Positions 26,002 through 38,000 of a DNA stretch of 64,000 bases are shown in pieces. The translations under genes and the position numbers were made by a program. This stretch comes from an uncultured Candidatus Saccharibacteria bacterium (GTDB lineage: Bacteria; Patescibacteriota; Minisyncoccia; Phycocordibacterales; UBA12088). Location: assembly GCA_964459075.1 (NCBI GenBank), contig CAYWKE010000001.1:4626-68625 (forward strand), in the 5' to 3' direction. The notes under the pieces were generated by a model. The model saw nothing but the letters and a program-made list of their open reading frames with translations. It did not search any database and was not told where the DNA came from. Within the stretch, counting starts at the first letter, position 1. Each line of letters starts with the position of its first letter.

Positions 26002-29000
26002 TTAGTCCGAGACGGCAAAGAAGGTGTTAATCCCCTCGTGGGTGACCCCGCTGATCCCCGTGGGTATGGTGATGCCCCAGAAGATGTCATCGATGATGGG
26101 TACGGTCGAGGTGGGTTTCGGCAGGTCGAGCTCGAACTGGTTGGAGGTGGTCGCCAGGAAGTTGCAGATCGCGCACGACGCACTGGTGAAGGTCGAGGTG
26201 GCGTAGCGGATGTTGCTCGCGAGGATCTCGCTGCCTGGCGCGGTGAGATTCGAGCCGGCGAGATCGACATCGATAGCGGTGTTGCCAGTGTTGCGCAAGG
26301 TCGAGGAGGCGACCGAACCAGTGGTCGTCCCGAGGGTGAGCGTACCGAAGTCGATACCCTCCGTCGTCAGCGTGATGCCGAAGGTCGTGTCCAGCTCGGT
26401 CGCCAGCGAGGTGGCGGTCGCGACCTCGCCCGACCGATCCTCGACGATGACGTACGAGAGCCAGTGCTCGCCGGAGAACGCACCAATGTCGGTCGGTTCT
26501 GCAAAGAACTGTACGTCTGCGGTGCAGGTGATGTCACACGAGGTACCTGCACAATCGAGCGCACACGACTCATTTCCGAGGCGGTAGCAGCTGTTATCGT
26601 CTGCGGTACACGCTTCTCCTGAAGGCAAGCCCGAGCGGTAGAGCGTCGAGGTTGCCCCGATGATGTCTCCAGAGCCGTTGAGGTCGGTCACCGTACCGGT
26701 CGCGATGACCGCGGTCGTCGTCCCTTCGGTGAGCGTGATGGGGATTACACCATTGTAGTTCCCCGCAAGCGTCCAGTCGCCCAGTACCGGGATCTGCAGG
26801 ACGCGCACCTCGGGCACGCGCGGGTAGCTGTCTAACTCGAGTCCGCCGTCGGTAGTGCGCAGACAGTACGCGTTCTGGTTGGCATTAGCGGTGAACTCGA
26901 GCGCGTACTCGATCTCGGTGAACTCGTTCGCATCAAGGTCCATCGATGTCGACTGGTTGCTTGAGTCCTCTACAAGGTAGCCCGGCACGAACGTGCCCAT
27001 GAAATCAGTATCGAGGAGCTGTGTGGTCGGATCCTGATCAAAGAACTGAGGCGATGCGACCATACAGATCGGCGAGAGACCACATCCAGCGACCGCAGGC
27101 ACATCATCGTACTCGACCGAGGGTACGGCCTCACACGTGCCGAACGACCCCTTCTCCGCGTACTGGAGTCGGAACTGCTGGCCCGTGATCTGTGCCCCGC
27201 TGTTCTCGACAGAGATACGCAGACGGAAGTTCTGTTCGGCCTGCTGTCGCGCATTGACCGTATCCTGGGCAGCGCTCCAGCTTGCACCATCGTTGACCTG
27301 CTCCGTTCCGGTGATGGTCGTCGGCTCGGTTGCCGAGTAGGGGCGCACCGTCACGAAGTCGAACCCGCCGTTCTGGCCCCAGTGGCTGAAGCCAATACCA
27401 CCCTCGCTGGGTGAACCTGCGCTGTAGGAGAAGGAGGCGATCTCGGTATCGGTCGAGTCACGAACCACCGAGACGTTGAGTGTGTCGTTGAGGAGCCAGT
27501 CGATCTCGATGCGGTACCAATCGGTCGCAAAGCTGACCGAGGTCGAGGCTACGACCGTGCCCGAGTCATCGCTCCAATCGACATCCTGAGCCAGGGTGAC
27601 ACGATCACCATTGAAGAACTGATCAAGACACACGGCGTAGTTGTCGCCAAAGCCCTGAACCGCGAAGAGGAAGCACGGCTCATCGAATTCGGCTGTATCG
27701 ACGTACTGGTAGACGCGCAGCGTCTCTCCTGGACCAAACGCTGAGCCCGCAGCATCCTGGGTGATACCCCCGTTTTCGGTCTGCAGCCCTTCTTGGGTGC
27801 TGGCCGCAGCAAGTCCGTAGGCGCCCTGATAGTTGAAGGACGTGCTCAACCCGAAGCGGGTCTTATCGAGCCCCGAGGAGGGTGCGTACTCGTCGAGATC
27901 GTTGTCCTCGAAATCATCAATGAAACTGAATGTTTCTGAGCTGCTCGCGGCACTGCCGACGCCTGCATTCCCGTAGTACACATATATCGGCGTGGTGCCG
28001 CCTGCAGGAATAGTGGGGAGTGTCACCCACACGACAGCCTCGGCGTCATCAACTTTCGATTCGATGTAGTACGGAATAGAGGTCGTCCCGGTCGAGTCCG
28101 TAAAGCGTAGGTCATCGAAGTCAGGCTGCATCTTCCCTACCCCCGGGACGTGGTCGATCGTGACCTGTATGGGATAGTTTGTCAGTGCGCCACCACTATT
28201 TGAGACCGTGATGCGCTTACGGTATCCCCACGACGGATCGAACCACTCCTCGGCAGGCACCCCTTCCCCATCGTTATCCGCACGGAAGCGGTAGTGCGCC
28301 TGCGATACCTCAAGACACGTACTGTCGGCCCACCGAACCGCACCACACAGATCGGTGTCGTTCAGATCATAGTCTTCCCCAGCGAGCACACCGAACTCGT
28401 TGACGAACGTCCAGAAGTTCGCGGTCGTACCCGAGACCGTCACGTTGGAGCCTGTTGCAACCCCAGTTGAGGTCGAGAAGCCGACCTGTGCGAAGAGCTT
28501 GGTGGGGTTTTGATCGAAGGTGCTTGAGGCGACCGTGAGCATCGTACCTCCGTCAGCACTGAGAATGAACTCACCTTGGGTCAGCTGAGAGACAGTGGGG
28601 GCATCTGTGAAGGTGAGTCCCTGCGCATCGAGACCACTGACCGTAAAGCGCTGCATATTGAAGGTACCTCCCGCGATCTCCCACCCGAAGGCCCCACTGC
28701 CCCCTTGCACGTCGATCGTAGTGGTGGCCACGAAACCACTCGCCCCGATGATGTCGAGGGTGCCACCTGTGAAGAGGAGCTGTGAGCCCGAAGCCACACG
28801 CACATCGACCCCGCGTCGGTTCACCCCCGACAGAGCGGTTCCATCAAAATCGATCGAGTGGCGCCAGTACTCGTTCCCACTCGTCCGTTCATAGGTGCCC
28901 CAGATGTAGAGATCGCCGTCCTGATCGAGGTGATCCTGCGAGTAGAGTGATCCTGTTGTGGCCACATCGTAGACAGTCGCTGACGAGCGCCAGAGCGCAA

Positions 29001-32000
29001 CGTCGGTCGTCGAACCGACCTGGAGTGTCGCGTAGGTCTCGACCGCATCGGTTTTGGCACCCACCAGGAAGTTGAGGCCGGAATTGAGGTAGAGCGTTGA
29101 GCCGGCAGCCCACGTGGTCGCTCCACCGATACGGTTCTCAAAGACACCGCCGACCTCGAGTGTCGTCCCCGCGTTCTGGGTGAAGCCCCCCGCCGCCAGC
29201 AGGCGAACCGCGCCCGTGGTTGACGCATTGTCAGTGAGACTCCACGAGCCCGTGCCGTTGACGATGACCTCGTTGAGCAGCGCGCTGTTGGTAGTAATGG
29301 TGTTACCCCCGCCCGCACCGACGAACCGCATCCCTCCTGCCCCAGCGCTGAAGGTCGTCGAGCTTGCGGCAAAGAACGAACCACCTATTGAGAGAGTCGA
29401 AGCAGGTGCGGTGAGCGAGCCACCTAACGCGCGAAGTGAGCCAGTCGTCGTCGCCGCGCTCTCGGCAAAGCTCCACGAGCCGTCACCTGCTGTCGTTAGG
29501 GACGCAAGCGATTGTCCAGCGAGTGTGATCGTCTCTCCTAGATCGCTGCCCACGAGACGCAGCTCCCCCGGCGCGGTCATAGTGCCACCCGACACATCGA
29601 AGGAACCGCCGACCGCGAAGGTGCCCGAGGGGAAGACGGCAGCGCCTGCGCTGAGTGACACATCGCCGGTTGACGTGGCCTGACTCTCGGGGAAGGTGAA
29701 GGTTGACGAACCGACGAAGGTCATGGACGGGGCAGCTGAACCAGCGAGACGGACGTTCTCTGCTCCACTATCTGAGATGAAGCGCCAGGTACTCGTCGTC
29801 GCCGCACTGAAGCTACCTCCCGTGACCTCGAACGAGCCGTTGATCGCGAGGTTCGCACTGGGGAAGGTCACCGCGCCCGCGGCTTGTTCGATATCTCCCG
29901 TCGTGGTCGCTGCGCTCTCAGCGAAGCTCCATCCACCACCCGCGCCGATGAAGCGCACGGTATTGAGTGGTGAGCTGTTGAGGTCGAGGCTCTTGCCTGT
30001 TGTTGTTGCCGTGAACTCAAGGGTCGAGGAAGCCGCCGCGAACGATGCACCACCGTTAACCAGGAAGCTACCACCGATCTGGTAGGTCTCTGTTCCCTGG
30101 GCGGTCAAAAGCGCATCCGCATAGAGGTGGAGTGAGCCGTCCTCGGGCGCTCCTGAGCCCAATGGAGTGAGGGTCATAGTGCCTCCCGGCGCGAATTCCT
30201 TCGACCCCCACACGATGAGCTTGGTCCCCGCAGCAAGGGTGAGCGTATCGGTCGCCGCGTCCTCGGCATCAAAGGGAATGTTCGCGTCATCATCGCTGTC
30301 GTGGTTGGCCATGTTGACGATGGTGATGGGATTCACATCCTCGTGGCGAACGATGACCCTATCCTGGTAGAGGTCCATATCGAGGATGTTGGTCACTGGG
30401 TCAACGGTCACCGTTGCGGCTTGGATGCCACTCGCTCCTTCCAGGTAGACAATGAGGGGATCCCCTTCCGTAAAGCCGATGCCGGTGAAGGTGAAGACTG
30501 CCGGTCCATCCGAGCACGAGGTCGATGTCGCTGGCGCGCCACCCACCACGAGGGTGACGTTCAGTGCTGAGCCGTCGCACACGCTCGAGCCCACAAGTGT
30601 CGTCCCCTCGTCAAGGTACACTCGACCTTGCACAGTAATGAGGGCGTCGCTGTCATCCCAAATGAGGTAGCCAGGGTCACCGCCCGGATCGATGTCGAAG
30701 TCTTCACCCTCGAGTACGCCGACCGCCTGCGGGAAACGCCAGGTCGCGATCGAGGTGCCGGTCGCGATGATGTTGGTACCTGTAGCGACGCCGGTTGAGG
30801 TACCGAAGCGATTGCTGCGGAAGGTTTTGAGCGGGTTGGCATCGATGACCGTACCGCCCACGGTCATGATGGTTCCTGCGTCGATCTCAAGCTCGAGGTC
30901 GTTGTTCTCAAACACGCCGATCGTCGGCGCGCCGGTGAAGGTAAGTCCTGCGGCATCAACACCTCGCAGCGAGGCAAAGCGCATTGAGAAGCTTCCTCCC
31001 GCGACCGAAAGCGCATAGGTGCCTGCACCATCACCCTCGATCGTCGTGGTCGCGGTCGTTGAGCCCAGGACCGAAAGCGACGCGCCTCGCACCACGATAT
31101 CGCTTCCCGAGGCGATCACGACCGAGACCGGGCGACTTGAGGTGGCATCGAGCAGCGTACCGTCAAAGTCGGTCGCGTAGCTCCAGTGGTCGCTCCCCAT
31201 CGTCGGTTGGTACGCGCCCCATATGTAGAGGTCCCCATCATTCCTATCGTGGTCTTGCGAGTAGAGGGATGAGGTCGACCCGACATCGTAGGTAGCGGCT
31301 ACACTATTCCACAGACGCACATCCGTGCCCCCCGATACTTCAAGCTCGTCGTAGACATCACCATCTGAAGAGGAGGCGTTCACGGAGAAGCTCGCCCCGC
31401 CGTAGAGTGCAAGGGTTGACGTACTCCAGTCGGTCGCCGCATCAAGGAGCTCATTCTCGAAGGGCCCCCCGACCGCAATGCGCGTACCCGAGGCAACCGC
31501 GAAGGACGCTGCGTCGGAGAGGTACCAGCCCGCGGTCGCGGTCGCACTCGCAAGCACCGCCCACCCGCCACTTGCTGAGAGGAAGCGAACATTCGCGAAG
31601 GGAGAATCACCCGGCTCGATGGTCTCGCCCGTGTCGGCCGAGTCGAACACGAACGTACTGGTGATCGGTGCCGTGAGCGTTCCTGTGTTGCGGTACGAAC
31701 CGGCGATGCGGGTGTCATTCGCACTCGCAGCGATGTAGGTCGCCGAAGTGGCGATCAGGAAGTCTCCTGCGACGTCGAGGATGGGGTCGTTGGTATTTGC
31801 GGTCACGCTCACGCTTGTTGAGCCATTCCCCACGTAGAGGTCGCGCCCGACGCTGATCGTCGAGGCAGCAAGCGTGTACGTAGGGCTGCCCGCTCCCTCA
31901 GGCGCAAGGACCAGGTCGTGGTAGATGCGCGCGGCAATGACCACCCCGCTCGTGCCTGCATACGTGGTTGTCGCGGTCTGTGCGTTGAAGGTACCGGCAC

Positions 32001-35000
32001 CGGTCAGTACGTTGCCTGAGCCCGTGAGGCGAAGGAGGTCATCGCCCGCATTGAACGTGTGATTCCCCAGAATGGTGAAGGTGCCCGAGATCGTGGTCGT
32101 TCCCGCACCGACCTTGGAGGTCGACGCCGAGGAGCCGTTCCCTAGGGTGAGGTCATGGACGTACCAGTCACTATCGCCACCGAAAGGCCCCTCACCCTCA
32201 AGGTCGAGTGACCCGTCGGTGAGGTTGAGGACACCGTTCCCTGAGAGCGAGCCTACCTCAAGAGTGATGGTCGTTGTGCCGAGAACCGTGCCATCCGTGA
32301 GGGCGATCGACTGGTTCACGGTGAGCGGATCTTGGATGGTCCACTCGCCTCCCGCGCCCTCAAAGGTCATCGTGTAGAGATCATCCGGTGAGGAGATGCG
32401 CTTGCCGGTCGTGGTCGCCACGAAGCGCAGATCGGCGGTCGCGGTCGTGAAGGTCGAGGCGCCATCAGCGATCCAGCTGCCGCCTACGGTGACGGTCTCA
32501 CCTCCGAGCATGGTGAGCGTAGCACTGCCGGCCAGGCGCAGCGTACCATCCTCAAAGAGTCCAGAGCCGCTACTCAAAAGCGTCACGTCACCTTCTGGGG
32601 TGAAGGTCTTTCCGCTCCACACCAACAGCGCAGTATCGTGAGCGATGGTGAGATCGGTAGGGAGGGTGGTCGCCGTGAAGGGAATGTCCGCATCATCAGA
32701 GGAGTCGTAGGTAGCGAGGTTCGCGGTCGTCAGCGCTGCAACATCCTCGTGACGCAGGATGACGTAGCTCTCGTAGAGATCGAAGTCTGCGATCGCGCCC
32801 GTCGGGGTGCGCGATACCGTCGCGGCTCGCTCACCTCCACCTGCGTTGTCGAGGTACGCCATGATGTCGGCGTCGCCTGAGAACTGCACTCCACCGACCG
32901 AGTAGGCACCGGTGACCGGATCACACGAGCCGGTGTACGACGAGCCCCCATCCACCACGACACGTACGACATTCGCGGTCGCACATGCTGAGCTGCCCGC
33001 ACCCGCACCCTCATCTTCGTACACGGTGCCCGATATCGTGACCGTAAAGCCAGAGTCATCCCAGCGAATGTTCCCGGGGTTGCCTCCGGGATCATCATCG
33101 AATGCCTCACCTGCGAACGAACCAGTGGTGTCGCGGAACCACCAGTAGCTTGCGGGTGAACCCGTTGCCGAGACGTTGCTGCCCGTTGCCACGCCTGAGG
33201 AGGTCGCGAAAGACAGGCCGAACCACTGCGAATCCGGGTTCTCATCGATGGTTGTCGCGTCAAGCGAGAGTGAGGTCGCTCCGTCTGTGGAGAGTACGAA
33301 CGCGATCGGCTCAAAGTTCGTGACGGTCGTCGAGGCGAGAAGCTCAAGGCCTGAGGTCGCGGTGTCCGTGAAGGATGCGTATGCCGCGCTCAAGCTCGCA
33401 CCCGATAGAGTGAGGTCGTAGGTACCACTTCCCTGCGCGGCGACCGAGGTCGTTGCGGTCGAGGTGCCGACGATCGAGAGTGCTGCGCTCCCCTGGTACG
33501 TTGCAGACGCGCCGTCAGCAAAGCGCACCGAGACCGGCCTCGCTGCAGGGCCCGCAAGTGGTGTGAAGTCGAAGTCCGTTCCCGCACTCCAGTAGTCGCC
33601 ACCCGATGAGCGCCCGTACGAACCCCAGATGTACAGCTCGCCATCGTTGCCCGAGTGATCCTGCGAGTAGATAGAGCCCGAGGGATCAACGGCGTAGCTC
33701 TGTGCGTCACTGTTCCAGAGACGAATGTCGGTGTTCGGGCCGATGCGTAGAGTACCGTACGATTCGTCCGCAGCCGCCTTGGCGCCTAGCGTGTAGTTCG
33801 TGGCTGAGGTGAGCGCGAGGGTCGAACCACTCCAGACGGTTGCCGCGCCGATGGTGTTCACCAACTCGCCCGCGACCTCAATGCGCGTGCCCGTGGCTGC
33901 CACGAAGGATGCTGCTGCCGCGAGGGTCCAGTCGTTCGTTGAGGTCGCATTGGCAATGACCTCCCAGCCACCCGCGCCGCTGTTGACGGTCACGTCATAG
34001 AAGGGGTTGTCGCCCGGATCGATCGTAAAGCCGGTCGTGGTCGCATCGAACTCAACCTCACCGAAGCCCGCCGTGAACTCACCTCCTGCAGCATCGAAGT
34101 CGCCGCCAACGGTAAGCGTATCGGTCGGGAAGTTCACGAGACCGCTCTCAATGGTGAAGTGGCGGGCCACCTCAGCATCAAGATCAACAAAGGTGCGACC
34201 TGGACGACTCTCTTGGCTGGAGGTAGCCATGAAGGTTGCCGGGGCGTCCTGGTTGTTGTACTCAGTCGCGTACCAGCCTGCAGCGCGCGAGCTTGTTGAG
34301 AAGCGTAGCTCATCGAGAAGCCCTTGGAGTGCCTGACCAGGATCGAAGTTGTACTGCCCAACATCCTGCTCTTGGCCGATGACGAGGTCGTTCGCGGTGA
34401 TCGAGAGGGTGTCGTGGGTCACTCCAGGGTTCTCGGTCTCCTGTACACCGTTGTAGAAGACATTGGAGTCATCTGGATTGTCGAGACGTTCTGAGACGAA
34501 ATAGTTCCACACCCCGCCGTTAGCTGGAGGAGCGATTGGGTAGTTCGCACTGGTACCCACCCCAGCCCCTGTGTACTGCCGATATTCGGATGCACCGTTG
34601 AAGAAGAGCAAGTACTCGTTGTTGTTCCCCGCATTGATACCCGAGACGATCGCGAAGGAGTCTGATTGTGTCGTGTTGACCCACCAGGACGCGATGAGGT
34701 CATCACGTCCATCGACGAGCGAGATGGGGAGGTTGATGAAGTCGCCAGCGTTGCCATCGAACTCCTGACCGCTCCCCAGCTTTCCGCTCTTGCCGGTGGC
34801 ACCTATCCTATCGTCACCATCAAAGCCGTTACCCGTCGAGTCGGTGTAGAGATCGTTGGTCGTGATACCACTCGCATCCTCTTGTAAGTGGAAGACCGCG
34901 AGGTACTCCGCCCACACAGCGTTGCGGCCGTTTTGGTCCGCATCGGCAACCCCGGTGTCATCTGGATTCCCATAGTAGACGTAGAAGCTCGTATCGACCG

Positions 35001-38000
35001 TGCTCGAGAGTGACGGCGCGAGGAAGTGCACCTCACCGGTCCCTGAGGAGGTCGCGATCGCGACAACCTCACGCGGTACGAGGGTGGTACCGTCGTCGGT
35101 CGTGATGCGGATATCATCGCCGTCACCCTGCACGCTATCGAAGAACTCAGCCCCCAGGATGGAGAGGTCGAGGTAGACCGGGAAGTCCGTGACGTTCGTA
35201 TCTACCTGGCTCGCCTGAATGGTGATCTCAGTGCGGTTGAGCCACGCTGTGTCGAGCCAGTCGGCGCCACCCACACCCAATCCAGTGAAGGTGACATCGT
35301 AGAACTCGGAGCCGCCTGCACGCACCGTTTGGGGACCAGCGAGTGTACGAAGGATGACCTCGCCATCGTTGGCATCGAACGAGCCCCCCGCATCGATCGT
35401 GAAGTCGCCCCCGACCGAGAGTGTGTCCGAGGGAAGAATGACGTTCCCTTGCGAGACGAGGAAATCGTCTGACGTGGTCGCGGCACTATCGAGGAAGGTC
35501 CACTCACCCGTGGGGTTATTGAAGCGCAGTTGGTAAAAGTCGGAACCACCAGCCTCAACCTGTTGGCCTACGGTCGCGCTGGTGAGGGTCACCTGTCCAT
35601 TGTTGTGTTGGAATGTGCCCCCCGTATTGCGGAAGGAACCGCCCACGGTCGTGACGCCGGTCGCAAGGGTGACGGTGCCGGTCGCGATGGTGTAGTCGCG
35701 CAGCGCGGTCACGTCTGGCTGTGAGAACGCCCAGTTGCCGCCCACACCATCGAAGGTGACGTCGTAGAATGAGGAGACCCCGGGCGTGATGGTGCGCCCG
35801 GTCGTCGTTGCCGAGAAGAGCACTTCCCCGGTGCGCGGCGTGAAGATACCGCTGTTGAGGAAGTCTCCCTGGACCTCGAGCTGGTTGCCTGCGCCACCTG
35901 CATCCAAAGTCGCTCCCGAGAGAATGCGCACATCGGTGAGGCGAATGTCAGAGCCCATGACCGCAACGCGCCCCGTTCCGGTGATGTCGATAGCGCCGAG
36001 GTCCTGCTTGGGCGTGGAGAAGTCGTTGAACGCGTAGGAGCCAGTGCCATCAAGGGTGGTCGTCGCACTTCCCTTTTGGAAACTGCCGGTACTACTGATC
36101 TGGAATGCGCGCGCGACCGTGGTCGAGGCACTGCCGGGCGAGAAGGTGCCATACGCTATCGCCAGGTTCCCGTTGACATCGAGCGGGGTTGCGAGCGTAA
36201 AGGTCGCATTACCCGAAGCGTTCCCGAACGTGAGGTTGTAGAACGATGAGGTCGCAGCACCGGTGGAGTCGATGCTTTCGGTCGTCGAAGTGGCATCGAA
36301 GCGCACGAGCGAGGTACCCGCGGCAAATCGGCCCTGGTTCTGCCACGATCCGGTGAGCGCAATCGTGTTGCCGTCAGCGATGAGCTCCCCGTCAACAACG
36401 ACGTCGTGGGTCGCGACGTTCCCCGAGCCCGCGCTGTCCGGGCGGTACGTGGTCGAGGCGAGAACGTAGAGGTTCGCATCGACGCAGCCCCCGACCGCGC
36501 AGGTATCCAGATCATTGTTCACATCAACATCGAAGAAGAGGTCGGGATCGCCCGCAACCGAGTTATCGTACTGCTGGAGATCCGCGTTGGTGAAGGTCAT
36601 CAGCTTGTTCGATCCCAGCGTCAGGTGGCGCTGGTAGAGTTCCATGCCCTCCTCGTCCCCGATACCGTCGTAGACCGACACCGCAACCGCACGCGAGGTC
36701 GTTGCCCCACCGTCGACAAAGACGGTCATGACGGTACCAGGCAGCGCGTTGACGTTGGTGAGGGTCCACGTACCATCCGGCTGGATGGTCGCGGTCGAGG
36801 GTTGGATGACCCCGTCGAGTGCTACTCGCACGGTGCCCGAGGTCACGAGCGCGGAGCGATCGTAGGCACGCGCGATACCCGACACCTCGATACCCTCAGA
36901 CCAGGTCACGCTCCAGTCCTCAACGACCGGACAGTCACCCGAATCGGTGCAGGTGAAGGCGGCCACTAGACGGATCTCACTGTACGTTAGGAAGTCGAGG
37001 TCCCCGAGGTCGATGGGTGAGGTGGTCGCCCCGGTTGCGTTGGTAGGAATGTCAGCAGGAGGGATGAGGAACCAGTCAGTACCGGTCGCGTACTCGACGT
37101 AGTAGCGAATGGTACTCGTCGCTGGCGTGACATCCCTCCACGTAACCTCACCCCACTTCGGCCCCGTGCCGTCGGAGAACGTGATGGTCTCTGATGTTGC
37201 GGTACCGGTCAGCGCTTCGTTGATACGCGTGAGCGTGCCCGTCGCCAGCTCGAACGCCAGCACGCCTACCGACTCAGTTCGGTGACCACGAGATCCCCCA
37301 TCACCGTTCTCTTCATCGATCGTTGCATAGATGAGAGCGGATGTTGCGGGAACACTATCGTTATACACTGCCCAACCTCCATCTCCTCCCTTTTCACCGA
37401 GTTGCTGCACAAGGGCCACGAGAGGTGGTCCGTTGGTGAACGGTGCAGTGAAGTTGATCGCGTCAGGATCGCTACCGTCAACACTATCGATGGTCACCAC
37501 GGCGTCGAATTCTCCACCGCTGTTCGTCCCTGTTCCTACGTCGATCGCGATCCAATCGATATCCTCGATCATCGGCGGCGGTGTCTGGAAGCTCGCACCG
37601 AGCGCGACACCGAACTGCGAGTTGGTTGGTTCATTGGCTAGTGCTGCGCCGTCATTGACGAACGTCGTCACCCAGGCTGAGTTGTTCTCGGTCGCGACCG
37701 TCGCCAGCACCACCGGGCTCCCATCGAACGAGATCGGGAACGCGATCGTGCGATACCCATCTGAATCGGAGTACCCATTGCTCTGAATGTCGGTGACGTC
37801 TTCTGCGGTGTCCGCGACGAGCTTCACCGAGCCCGTTTCATTCTCCACACTCCACGTTCCTGACTCCATTGCAATCCAGTCGATCGTGGTCGTGCCTGTG
37901 GGATCGGTCGTACCGTCGTCATTGTCGACCTTGATCTCAAAGCTGTTGGTCGTCTTGTTCCTCACGCGCGCGGTGCGCTGCCGCACGTCAGGTGCGTCGT

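Noticed and set aside
25453-26622. 389-aa plus-strand ORF spanning the junction of two minus-strand genes
   Set aside because: It is antisense to well-supported minus-strand coding sequence. Its product is Arg/Ser/Ala-rich ('...RRRSRSSASLASSERPTM...'), typical of high-GC antisense frames. It has no recognisable domain.
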